47,473 nucleotides of DNA from NCBI RefSeq assembly GCF_001194135.2, contig NC_068981.1, positions 170,272,542-170,320,014 of the forward strand, read 5' to 3'. This document shows positions 1 through 12,286 of this stretch, piece after piece (positions within the stretch are counted from its first letter, which is position 1; the number at the start of each line of letters is the position of its first letter). The notes below the pieces were generated by a model. That model was not told where the DNA came from and searched no databases. It saw only the letters and a list, made by a program, of their open reading frames with translations. The DNA is from Octopus bimaculoides. Taxonomy: Eukaryota. Both the position numbers and the translations under genes were made by a program.

Positions 1-76
<76 letters not shown>

Positions 77-100
77 CTCTCCCCTATCTCTCTCTCTTTC
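1..100. repeat. (CT)n microsatellite, degenerating 3'
   Basis: Perfect CT run 1-63, then CTTT/CT variants. Confidence 0.97.
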
Positions 101-711
101 TCGATAATTAGGTTCAAATATGAGCGAGAAGTGTCACACTAGATATTACATATAACTATTGCAAGCACCACTCGTAAATGATATTCTATCAATTCCATAA
201 AGTAGGATGAATATGTATTTAGAATACCATCCACACACACGCAACAAAAAGCAACCAAAGAAGAATATTCGAGCTACATTTGTATAGTTCGTTGCCAACG
301 CTTTAACCATTCCATCATTTCACCATTCGTCGGACAAAAATTTAAATGAAAATATTTTTTAATTAAAACAAGAGAGTGAAAAACTTTAAACGTGTAGTAT
401 TGTCAGGCTGCTTGACAATAAAAGTTACTGCTTGTTTTCTTTCTGTTAAACTAAAAAGGGATTACAGATTTCTTGCTTCTATCAGATTATGAGATTTACT
501 AAGAATCCACCAAACACACGTGGGCTTCTTTTGAAATGGAATCCATCGCGGAATTTTTTAAAGAGCCATATTCATTAACAGTCTTATATATTATCGATTG
601 ATTTGATATCAGTTGTGTACTGGACCGCCAAGTAACACTTTTGAAAATTCAGATTCGGACTGGCGTATCTGTCATGAGTACGCTATTAAAGCTATCCTGC
701 TGAATGACATG

Positions 712-742
<31 letters not shown>

Positions 743-1498
743 NNNNNNNNNNNNNNNNNNNNNNNNNNNNNNNNNNNNNNNNNNNNNNNNNNNNNNNNNN
801 NNNNNNNNNNNNNNNNNNNNNNNNNNNNNNNNNNNNNNNNNNNNNNNNNNNNNNNNNNNNNNNNNNNNNNNNNNNNNNNNNNNNNNNNNNNNNNNNNNNN
901 NNNNNNNNNNNNNNNNNNNNNNNNNNNNNNNNNNNNNNNNNNNNNNNNNNNNNNNNNNNNNNNNNNNNNNNNNNNNNNNNNNNNNNNNNNNNNNNNNNNN
1001 NNNNNNNNNNNNNNNNNNNNNNNNNNNNNNNNNNNNNNNNNNNNNNNNNNNNNNNNNNNNNNNNNNNNNNNNNNNNNNNNNNNNNNNNNNNNNNNNNNNN
1101 NNNNNNNNNNNNNNNNNNNNNNNNNNNNNNNNNNNNNNNNNNNNNNNNNNNNNNNNNNNNNNNNNNNNNNNNNNNNNNNNNNNNNNNNNNNNNNNNNNNN
1201 NNNNNNNNNNNNNNNNNNNNNNNNNNNNNNNNNNNNNNNNNNNNNNNNNNNNNNNNNNNNNNNNNNNNNNNNNNNNNNNNNNNNNNNNNNNNNNNNNNNN
1301 NNNNNNNNNNNNNNNNNNNNNNNNNNNNNNNNNNNNNNNNNNNNNNNNNNNNNNNNNNNNNNNNNNNNNNNNNNNNNNNNNNNNNNNNNNNNNNNNNNNN
1401 NNNNNNNNNNNNNNNNNNNNNNNNNNNNNNNNNNNNNNNNNNNNNNNNNNNNNNNNNNNNNNNNNNNNNNNNNNNNNNNNNNNNNNNNNNNNNNNNNN
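743..1498. other. Assembly gap (N); first of 14: 743-1498, 3370-3476, 11268-11277, 12525-13030, 15950-16169, 17049-17382, 22051-22420, 25854-25879, 29827-29898, 31490-32254, 37942-38155, 39686-40296, 43815-43824, 44832-44917
   Basis: N runs seen directly; almost all are flanked by (TA)n, (CA)n or (GATA)n, typical of a short-read scaffold. Confidence 0.98.
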
Positions 1499-1556
1499 TC
1501 AATTATCATTCAAAACTTCCATTTAATTTTTTTATCTCTCCTTGTCCCAGCATCCC

Positions 1557-1577
1557 TACAACTACTACTACTGTTGA

Positions 1578-1653
<76 letters not shown>
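1557..1653. repeat. (ACT)n microsatellite
   Basis: Near-perfect CTA repeat with one GTTGAT interruption. Confidence 0.97.
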
Positions 1654-1654
<1 letters not shown>

Positions 1655-1889
1655 TCTTTTTCTCTCTTTCATAATTTATTTATGTAAGGTAGCTGAACAT
1701 TACTATAATCTTCCAACGCACGTATAATCACTGCAACGCAGGTAGCCACATTATCTCTTCAATTACACAACTGTCCTTGCAACTTCAGGAGTAGTCACGG
1801 CATGTCTCTCCGCCTTACGTCAATGGTATAATTCCAAACCACCCACAATACCTTAACTTCACAAAGAACAAATAAATAAATAAATAAAC

Positions 1890-2830
1890 AAATCTTTTGG
1901 AACGCTAGAATGTTGATAAAGATTAATGTAGGAACTCAGGAGGGATTTCGCTATCAACTGTAACAAAGAAGATTCTTAGTAGAGTGTTCCGCAATGAATT
2001 CTCCGATATCAAAGTTGTCGGCTCGAAACACATGGTAGATTCAGAAGAGATATAAGCACGATGATTATGCTGTTGTTTCTTCGTCAGATCTGGGGAAAAT
2101 ATAAAGAACAGAATGAAGAATTGTATGGAGTCTAGGAAGACACCTCGCAGGCTTCAGTACAGGATATCAGCTCTTTAATACTTGGGAAAATTCATTCATA
2201 TGATCAGGAAGTTTACGTTAGGCATTTGCAATTTAGTACTGCACCGGTTGAACTACTCTAGAACCTCTTGCAGGGCAATCTGTTAATGCCAATACTGTCC
2301 CCAGTCTATCTTTTAACGATATCTTAGGAAGCATTCTGTATCTCAGTGGACGGCGTACGCGTATGATATCTAATGTCGTCCAGCTTAGGGGTGTCACTTC
2401 TCTATGCTAAACTAACATAAATTCATATTTTAGAATTGTGTACTGACGATTGTGCTTTTATATATCATGGTAGACGGCCATGCAAAATCTTAGTGGATAA
2501 TTTTGAGGGTGTACCCACAAATTTCGTATTGAATAATACTGAAGACACAAGGAGACTGAAATTCTTTACTAGTGAAGCCACGACGTGAACTAATTTGACA
2601 CAAACTGAGCTCATCAACATCAGAAGTTAGAAACTGGTGAAGGCAAACCACTATCTAAAACTATGTAATAAAATCAGTGTTAATAGTAGGCTTGTGACGA
2701 AATTGATTACAAGATGAGCAAAGTCAAGAATGTTGAAAGAGCGACTGTGGAATAACAGGCACGTTACTGTCTAAGAGAAATGCAAATTATACCGAACTAC
2801 AGGAATACTTGGTTATTTGAACACATTATT
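1890..2830 (+). mobile_element. Degraded RTE-clade LINE, reverse-transcriptase region (pseudogenised)
   Basis: Manual translation across frameshifts and stops gives GISLSTVTKKILSRV, GRFRRDIST..LRQIWGKYKEQNEELYGV*ED (2079 onward; cf. RTE LRQLQEKCREQN..LY..FVD) and ELCTDDCAFIYH at 2433 (cf. LLFADDCAL, the RT YADD motif). Motifs are in RT order. Confidence 0.75.
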
Positions 2831-3531
2831 AAGAAGCTGAGCTGCTAATATATTATTAGGGGAAACAACTACATTATATTGATTCCTTGTTTTATATTTT
2901 ATGATATCTTCTATCATGAATGAATGTTAAAGTCAAAAGAGTTGTATTCGATCACAAGCTAAAGTTTAGCAATATTTTGCGAAATATCTACTCTAATATT
3001 TTAACATCTACGCAAGATCTATCATGAAAAATGTTATCAATCATTTAGGAATGTTTACAAAATGAGACATGGGAGATTTTTTTTTATTATGCCTTTAGGA
3101 TGTAAGGGTCAAGCGTTATTCAAGAGATATTATAACTAGGGCAATAGCATTGTTATTAAATAAAAAAGAATATTCGAGAAATGTTGAATTGTATTGTACA
3201 ATCAATTGATAGAATCTAAAAATTGTCAGTAAGCAATGGAAGAAAAAAACATGTTAGTTATCATGATGACGGAAATATACATTCATTAACTTTTTATACA
3301 CTTCCATCTCTCTATTTTCCTGCACACACGCGCTTATATATACTTGTATATATATATATATATATATATNNNNNNNNNNNNNNNNNNNNNNNNNNNNNNN
3401 NNNNNNNNNNNNNNNNNNNNNNNNNNNNNNNNNNNNNNNNNNNNNNNNNNNNNNNNNNNNNNNNNNNNNNNNNNNNTATATATACGTATACATACACGTA
3501 TATGTGTGTGTATGCATGTAAGTATATATCA

Positions 3532-4756
3532 CAGGAGTTGGACAAAATAATGAAAATCCTTAAAATTTCAAACAAATTTATTTTAATATGGAGTAGGACC
3601 GCCTTTGGAAGTAATTACAGCTTGAATTCTACGAAGTATGGACTCAAACAAAGTTTCAATGTTTCCAAAGGAATTTTTGTCCATTCTTCAGTTAAAACAG
3701 TCTCCAGTTCTGGTAGTGATGATGGTGGAGGATATCAACTCCTTACTTGTTTTTCTAAATTGCACCATAACTGTTCAATAATACTGAGATCTGGAGACTG
3801 TGGTGGCCTGATAAGATGTTCAACTTCACTAGAATGTTTCTCGTGCCATTCAGTAACAATTTTAGCTGTGTGAATTGGTGCATTAACATCCTGAAAGATT
3901 GCATCTCCCTCCGGAAACAGTTCCTCAAACATAGGATGAATTTAGTCAGATAAACCTTTTAAATAATCTTGACTATTAATTCTGCCATGAAAGGAAATCA
4001 TTAGGCCGGTGAATTTGCAAGATATAGCCCCCAGATCGTCACAGATCCTCCGCCATGTTTAACAGCTGGAAGAAGGCAGTCTGGGTCAAATGCTTCTTTT
4101 GGCTGTCTCCACTCGTATACTCAACCGGTGGTTGAAAATTAGGTAAAGGACGACACATCCAAGAAAATAACATTCTTCCACTGCTCTAGGGACCAACTCT
4201 GTAGGTTTTTACTCCACTTTAAATGCTTTGCAACATTTGTTTTTGAAAGAAGTGGTTTACTGATTGCAGCCCTCCTGTGAAATCCGGCTTTGTGTAGCTC
4301 CCAGCGAACAGTTTTGTGGAAACTGAGTAGTCGATGTGGTCATTAAGTCCTGCAATAATTTTGGGACCTGTACTTTTGTGATCCCTTCTAACAAATCGCG
4401 TAAGAGTCCGACGATCCCTATCTGAAAGTTTTGGTTTTCTTCTGGAGATTTGTTTCGACGAGGAGGAGGTCATTACTTTCGAGAGAGTACTTCTTGGTAC
4501 ACCTAACATTTCGGCTGTTTTCATTACGCTAGCGCCTGCCATACAAGCACGAAAACGTTTTGACCTCTTTGAAAGTCCGATAGATTTGTTATTTTAATGA
4601 ATTTTAATTACCTTTTTCTGACAAGATCAAACAAAAAACCAGCAATTTTAGCAAAATATATTAAGCAACACTAATAATAAATCAAAAAGCATAAAAATAA
4701 ACAAGCATTTGACAGTTTTACAGATATTTCAAAATTATGATGCTATGTGTTTCCAT
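3532..4756 (-). mobile_element. Tc1-family DNA transposon relic with DD36E-type (Incomer-like) transposase
   Basis: Minus strand: NLSDFQRGQ (about 4590), ORF 4219-4542 paired-like HTH (MAGASVMKTAEMLGV...RKPKLSDRDRR), NVIFLDVSSF (first D, about 4165), ORF 3735-3932 FQD(V)NAPIHTA...PPQSPDLSIIE. TIR-like CAGGAGTTGGACAAAATAATG at 3532; the other TIR is truncated near 4756. Confidence 0.9.
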
Positions 4757-5046
4757 ATCCCTACACACCTCCTTCCCCTTACTTTCGAAACCTTGTTCCC
4801 TGTGACCTATTGGTGTTCCCAAAGCTGAAAAACAGCAGGTAGAGTCACATTGAAAATACTGAACTGATGAAGGCTTTGAGTAGTTTCTTGGACACCTTTA
4901 CTTTGAGAGATTTGTATGGGACCCTTAGCGAACTGACTGGACCACAAGTGAATTGAAGTCAGAGAAACTTACTTTGAAAGAGATTAAAGTTTTGTACTTA
5001 AATATCTCTCCTGAAAAAGCCGACAACTTCTGGAATGCACCTGATA
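4757..5046 (+). mobile_element. 3' fragment of a mariner (DD34D-type) element
   Basis: Translates PY..NLVPCDLLVFPKLK (cf. HPPYSPDLAPCDFWLFPKLK) and K*IEVRETYFERD* ending at 4987 (cf. KCIEVRGxYFEGD*), then a TIR-like end ...AACTTCTGGAATGCACCTGATA. Confidence 0.75.
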
Positions 5047-5048
5047 TA

Positions 5049-6289
5049 TAGAGGGTGCGGACGGTATTTGAAAACACATGCATTTTTAGTCATTATTGTA
5101 TTTGATTAATTTTTATTGAACTTCTATCTCAGAAAATAACAATGACAAGACCTATACTTAATTATGAAAGGAAAAGGCATACTCTGATTGTGACTTCGAA
5201 GGCTAAGCACGGTGATTTAAAAATCTGTCGTTTTACGAGATGTGTAAGATCTCTTGTCCACAAGATTAGGTGTGAGTCAGAGAAAGAAGATGGGAACGTA
5301 TTACCTGTATTGAAACGTAAAAAGCATTCCAAATGCTCTGATTCTATCAAGAAACCGGAATTTATTGAATTTATTCAGGGAGTCAAGCAAAACGTTGAAG
5401 ACAATCCAGGAAAATCAATAAGGCCAATTGCAAACAAATTTCGTGTGTCAGAATAAAAACATCAGAAACGTTGTGCAAGAAGACATCAGATACAAATCAT
5501 ATTTGATGAGGAGAGTTCAATTCATGTCAGGAAAAATCAGAAGAAAACCGTTTAATCAGATCCAAAAGACTTTTGAACAAACTTAAAAATGCATGAGGTG
5601 TTGTGATTTGGTTTTTCTCAGAAGAGAAAAACTTTGACCAGGATCAGAAAGCTAACAGAAGAAATGACAGATACCATGTGCGGACCCTTCTGAGGTTCCA
5701 AGGGTAATGCACACAAAATTTCCGGAAAGTGTCATGGTTTTGGGTGTTGTTATCAATGAAGGACATGTGATGCCTCGAATTTCTGGATAAAGTTGTTAAG
5801 TCTTGTATCAACAGTGTATGCAATGGAAGTCCTTATGTCTTTCAACAAGATTCTGCACCATTGCACAAGGCTCAAGTGACACAAGAATGAATGGCCGACA
5901 ATTTGCACGAACACATCACACCGCCCCACCCCGCATTTGGCCTCCTAATCCTCCAGATACCAATCCACTGGACTACTATGTATGGAGCATCGTTGAGAAA
6001 AATGTTAATGAAACCCCACCCCCTTAGCAGCAAAGATTCTTTGAAGGCCGCCAAAGTTCGAGTCATGTCCGATATGAACAAGGACCACATGATCCGAGAT
6101 TGTAAACGATTTCCACTCCGCGTAGAGGCATTTATTGAGGTTTATAGTGATTTTATGCAATGAAATTATTCAATTGATAATTTAGCTTTATGTTTATGTT
6201 ATTTTTATAAGCATACAATTTTTGTGTTATTATATAGGCGTTTTCTTAAAACCATAAATCTGCCCTCATATACCGTTCGCATCTTGTAT
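5049..6289 (+). mobile_element. Full-length but disrupted Tc1/mariner element of DD37D (maT-like) type
   Basis: Imperfect TIRs TAGAGGGTGCGGACGGTATT (5049) and TATACCGTTCGCATCTTGTA (to 6288), 15/20 matching, with TA ends. Transposase pieces: ORF 5142-5456 (HTH), WFFSEEKNFDQDQKANRRNDR, HTKFPESVMVLGVV, QQDSAPLHKA, IWPPNPPDTNPLDYYVWS. D-to-D spacing is 37 after removing an 8-nt insertion near 5922. Confidence 0.88.
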
Positions 6290-6429
6290 ATATATATATA
6301 TATATTTGAAAGAATCCCGTCGTACACACACACACACGTACACACACACATACAAACACACACGCACAAACACACACACACGCATATATATGCATATGTA
6401 TTTATTTATGTGTGTGTGTGTGTCTATTT

Positions 6430-6535
6430 GTGTCTATGTTTGTTCCCCCATCACAGCTTGACAAACGGTGTCGGTGAGTTTACAACCCCGTAATTTAGTG
6501 GTTTGACGAAAGAGAACGACAGAATAAGCATGGCT
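6430..6535 (+). mobile_element. SINE family A, 3' portion
   Basis: Reverse complement of the segment seen at 36500-36600 and 37830-37940 (CTTGACAA..GGTG..TTTAC..CCCGTAA.TTAG.GGTT.G..AAAGAGA.CGA.AGAATAAG). Confidence 0.7.
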
Positions 6536-7142
6536 GTGTGTGTGTGATTGTGTGTGTTTGTGTGTGTGTATGTGCGTGTGTGTGTGTGTACATATTGCTA
6601 AGTATGATAGATCCTTAGTTAATATATTTTATATCTATTTGATATAGGTCATGAATATCATTGAATTTGTAATTTGTGGCTCGTACCATATGTTCCAAGT
6701 TATCTCGCAATTACTTTCCAGTATCTGCTCCATAGTCATTAGTTAATTGCATGCCTCAACCAGCAGCAAGCCAAACAATTGCACAGGGGACTAGAAGAAA
6801 TAAATGAGTCTTATTTTCCCAGAAACAGGAAATAATGAGTTAAAACTTTATTAATTATGAAGTGTAATGTCTACTGTAGTCCGGGAAAAGCTGTCAGATT
6901 ATTGATATATTCATTACAAAATCTTATTCATCATTTTGGCTTGTTTATAAATGATTTCTAATTAACTTTTCTAGCTAGAGCTATTCTTAATTTTGTACAT
7001 TAATTTTATGTCAAATTCAGAAACAAGAATTTCGGATTACTGAAATGAAATCATACCACGTTTCCAAATATAATTATATTACATTATATTATATTATATG
7101 TATTCATATATATATATATAATTATATTATATTATATTATAT

Positions 7143-7182
<40 letters not shown>

Positions 7183-7599
7183 GCACACACATATATAAAC
7201 ATGTATATGTGTGTGTGAGTGTGTGAGTGTGTGTGTATATGTGTGTGAACGTAAATTGTTGACGTCTTAAGTATTTCGAAACTTCGATTTAGCAATTTTC
7301 TTTTTCGAAGGCGGCTTAACTGGAAGCAAACAAAGCTATATATAATATCTTGTAAATATTGAGTTACAAATGTCCTTGGTTAGAAAAATTTGTAGACACT
7401 AACACACATCTCCTGTAAACATTACAGCCATTCCTTAATACTTCGATTTCACTATCCATTTTAGAAACTCTATTCTTATCGGAACGAATTGTATAATCTC
7501 GATGTCGTAATAATTCAGAAAAAGTATCTCGTATTTACACGCTATTATTTATAGCCTTATTTGCATCGAGTTAAACCTTTCAAAAGCAATCATTTCCTA

Positions 7600-7806
7600 G
7601 AGACACGCACACAAACACATACACACGTACACAAACACACACACAGATACACAAAGATACACACACACACACACAGACAAACACATACACACACATGTAC
7701 ACAAACACACAGACACACAAAGATACACACAGACACGCAAACACAATAACACACACGCGTACACAAATAGAGACCCACAAAGACACACACACACAAGCAC
7801 ATACAC
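7600..7806. repeat. Degenerate (CA)n low-complexity tract
   Basis: CA-rich with periodic GA/TA interruptions. Confidence 0.9.
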
Positions 7807-8769
7807 ATATTGTATTTAGAAATGGATAAGAGAAAATGGAGTGGATAACATTCTTTATTCTTTATTTTATCTCACTACAATTGTTTCCTTACATCGTGAC
7901 GCCTGCAGTACATTGGTGAGATGAGATAGCTAACAAATGCGTAATCACTACTATCTATCAAAGGTGTAAAATGTATTTCGTCAGATGATTGTTTTGAGTA
8001 AATCCCTCGTCAGATCAAACAGTAATATCCAAAGCAGTTTTCTATTTTCTGCAATTTTCAGACAAAGCTAAGTCCATAGATAAAATAACAAGTATAAACA
8101 AATTATATAAACTAAATTATATGCAAAATAATCGCATGTCCAGTTAATTACAAATTAAATTTCTATCTTCACGGTCAGGTTATTAGCCAAAAAAAAAAAC
8201 GAATAAAGTATGGAATTAAGCGTTTAGAGATAATAATTAGATAAAGTGATAAGCACAAACAATTTCCGTGCTTCTTAACTAATTGAAAGTGTTCTAAAGT
8301 ACTCCGCTATCTGATATAACACAACACTTGGCTCCTCCTTCAACAGAAGTTCATTTGACTGTCTAGCATTTATATACTTTAATGATAAAAACATTTACAG
8401 CAATAAGTTAGTAGGCAAACTCTCCTCTTCGTAAATGTGCAATCACTATCATCCTTTGATGGATTGTAGTGATTACAAAATATGTTAATTATATCATCTC
8501 ACCTATGTACTACAGGTACGCCAGTGTGTAGAAACAAATGTAGTGATTTTAAACAAAGTCGTTCAATCTATTGCATTTTATTCATGTATTTGAATAAACT
8601 GTACGGATATATGGAATTCCAGATGTATATCCAGTGATTGAAGTACACCCGTTGTATGATGGTATTCAGTAGCCAATACCTGTGTACGAGCTTTGTATAG
8701 CATACTGAAAAGTTCCCCCCCACATTTTATTCTACTATGTATGTATGTATGTATGTATGTATGTATGTA

Positions 8770-8804
<35 letters not shown>

Positions 8805-10413
8805 ATGTATGTATGTGCGTACGTATTGATTTTCGTTGATGTGAATGTACAGCATGCTTAGATACAACGATATATCACTGATATTTCACTAGTAGCACTG
8901 AAATATTTGGAACGCTGCATTAGCATGATGGGAAAGCTCCAACGAATATGCCTAGATTATTACATTAAAAAAAGCATACTCTACCTTCAAACATGATTAG
9001 AACATTTTGGCAAATGTAATGGTAGATAAATCTAAATGGATGGAATAATTTTGTATGAATTGCTTTTTTATTACTCGTTCACTGTTCTGAGGCCGAACAA
9101 TAAGAACAGCAACATGTTTTTTTTTTGTAATACGATTAACAACATTAACTTTAAATTTCTTGAAGTAAATCGAATTAAATTTGAATCACGAGAATAAATC
9201 TCGAAATTCTTTTATAGAGTAAGATTATGTCAAAGTTTTTTGTTGTTTTTTTACCATATATTTCGAAATGTGTAATTAGATAGTACTGGGTAATAATATA
9301 ATAACAATCTAATCGGGATATCTATTATATGAAATTACATGTAATAATATTTCTTTATTTAGGCAGAAATCAAATTGTCGAAGGAAATAATATAACTGAT
9401 TACATCAGCTGCAGTATATTAGTGGCACTTATTTTAGCCATTGAGAATGGATGAAAGGCAAATCAATTACAACATAATATTAATTCTGTACCAAGAGGAG
9501 CGAAACTAAGCACTGTATTGTGTTGTCTATGAACGCTATTATCGAGAACACACTCACGCACACATATTTTATTTAATAATGTCATTACTTGCTATTATAT
9601 GTATTCCCAATATTGTATAATTAATTCAAATATCTGCCGTAAAAGTTCCTCTCCAGTGTATAATATGTATAAACATATCTGTGCATTGCGCCATCCTGTA
9701 AAAACCACAAAGGGAAAATATTCATTCTTGATTAAGTACTGACTGAAGTTCCGCCCATCGGCACCAAATTATTTTAGCGTGACTACATAACTATCCAGAA
9801 AACGGTAACCAGATATATGTAATGCATGAGGGCACTAGATGATTATAGAATATTATACATTGTTATAACTCAGGAAATATCACAATGCATATAATCTGAC
9901 ACGTTGTACTCCACCCCTCAGACCTATTAAAGATTTTATCATTATTGTGTCTCCCCAGGCTAACATAATCACGACAATATGTGTACATTGCACTTAATGA
10001 GTAAATTACATTTAAGTCATAAATCATGATTTCTTTAAGAAAATTTTAAATTTCTAAAATTAATTACATTTAAAAAAATAATAGCAGCTCGTTGTTAAAT
10101 AAATAGTGTAAAAATAAATAAATAAATTACGTACACCAAGTATGGAATTTTCCAGTTCATTCAGATAAATGTTGCCTTGTTCATACTATATCCAAAATGG
10201 TTACTTGCATAGATTACCCTCCTGTGTTATTTTAAACAACCGCAATTATTTGAGAGTAGAGAGAAAACAGTAAAATAAGAATGTCGACAATCTGTTGTCT
10301 TAAGAAATAACGACTTAAATAAAAACATTGCTCTGTAGACTTGGAAACCCAAATTACACACACACGCATCTATGTATACATATACATAATATGTATGTAC
10401 ATACAGAGAGAGG

Positions 10414-10495
<82 letters not shown>

Positions 10496-11499
10496 AGATT
10501 TATCGCAAAATACAGACCCTTTTGAATGCATCGACAACAAATGATGTATCCAACACGACCTTAGAATAACACGCGCAAAGATTAAAAATGACACATCTAA
10601 AAGAGATACCCAAGAATTCATTAAAAACACTCTCAATTACTACTATAATCCACAACGAGCCACTTTTACGTCACTTGACCATTTAACATCCTAGTTCTAT
10701 CACCCCACTTTCGCATTCTTTTATTATTCTTTCTCTTCTTCCCCTTCTTCTTCTTGTCTTCCTCTTCCTCTTCGCCACCTCCTTCATTACTCTACTACTA
10801 CTGCTGCTTAAAATAACCCAGACGCAAATATTAAAAATAATACATTCAAAAGAGATACCTCAAGAATTGAATCACGACTACCATCCACAAGTTACTTTCG
10901 GAGCATTTGACCATTTAACATCCTACTACTACCATACCACTCCCGCATTCTTCTTCTTCTTCTTGTCTGCGAAGAATTCACAGCGACCTGGAACTCCGCG
11001 AGAGTAAAAAAGAGAGACAGAGACAGGCAGACACAAGGGAAAATGCCCCTTGTATTTGAATACTGTGCAAATATTCTTTTAAAAAACTTTTCATTTAATT
11101 TTTCCAAAATTTAATTGTTTTCCATACTTACAGTTGAAAAAGTATCAATGACCGAAACCGGTTCTGAAATGTTTTTTTATGATAAAATAAATTTAGCATT
11201 TTCTACCTTGACTTATTTCCCTTATACATATCAACTCGTGTGTGCCATTTCAACCTTCCATATACGTNNNNNNNNNNATATATATATATATATATACATA
11301 TATACACACAGAGAGAAAGACAAAAGATGAAATAAGCAAAGGTATTCTACTATTGACCATGATGTCTTATTAAGGGTTTTAGAACTACTATATGTAATAT
11401 GTCTTTCCATTTTTAAACGGTGAATGTGCCATTTCAGAAAGCTTTATTTGCTGTTAGGAAACATCGTCATTGCTAATCGGCCTCCATAAATTATATACA

Positions 11500-11966
11500 T
11501 AAATATACTCTGATAAGAGAACAAATTGAGCATCAATTAACAATTAGAAGTTGATCATTGGTGTTAAATGTCATAGTTTAATTGAAGCTGTTTCAGTTTG
11601 TTATTTTTGAGGTGAACTTTCATTTATCTCGTTCTATGTAACAAACATAGTCAGAATGATTTCAACTTTATCAGAGGAATATTGGCAAGAAAACAAAGGT
11701 TGACAGGAGAAAAATGGAAAAAGGAAAAGAAGACGAAAAAAGTTCAAGTCTTAGTCTTACATTAGTCTTTTGGTTGATGAAATTGAAATTATTCTGACGA
11801 AGTTTATTACATTGAACGATATAAATACAAGTTTACCTTAAAAATAGCAAACTGAAACAGCTGTGAGTGTTATTTTATCTATAATTAAACTATGACCATT
11901 CAAAAACAATAATCAACTTCTAATTGTTAATTGTTGCTCCATTTCATCCCTTATCGCAATATATTA
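11500..11966. mobile_element. Degenerate foldback/MITE-like inverted repeat
   Basis: Arm 11503-11672 is the reverse complement of about 11775-11962 (e.g. CAATTAACAATTAGAAGTTGATCATTG / CAATAATCAACTTCTAATTGTTAATTG; CAGAATGATTTCAAC / GAAATTATTCTG), with a spacer of about 100 bp. Confidence 0.75.
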
Positions 11967-12245
11967 AACCGCGGATTACCATTTAAATTACCAACTACTG
12001 TTAACTTTATAGCAAGCTTATACATAGTTAGGTAATTCACCAGTAGTGCCTACGGATACATTTATCTCTTAGACGGCTGCATAAGCTCTAACTCACACAC
12101 ATGAGATGTTTTAACACCCGACGTTTTGAGAGTGTATTCTCCGCCACGCCATTAGCAGCCTATATATGTACATATATAGACAAATATAATTACATAAAAC
12201 ATATGTTTATATATAGATAGATAGGTAGATAGATATATATATATA

Positions 12246-12286
<41 letters not shown>

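Noticed and set aside
7970-8020. Degenerate hammerhead-like strings at about 7970-8020 (-), 13570-13615 (-), 14705-14750 (-), 22555-22610 (+) and 45915-45960 (+)
   Set aside because: Each lacks an intact GAAA core or a pairable stem; compatible with chance or very old relics.
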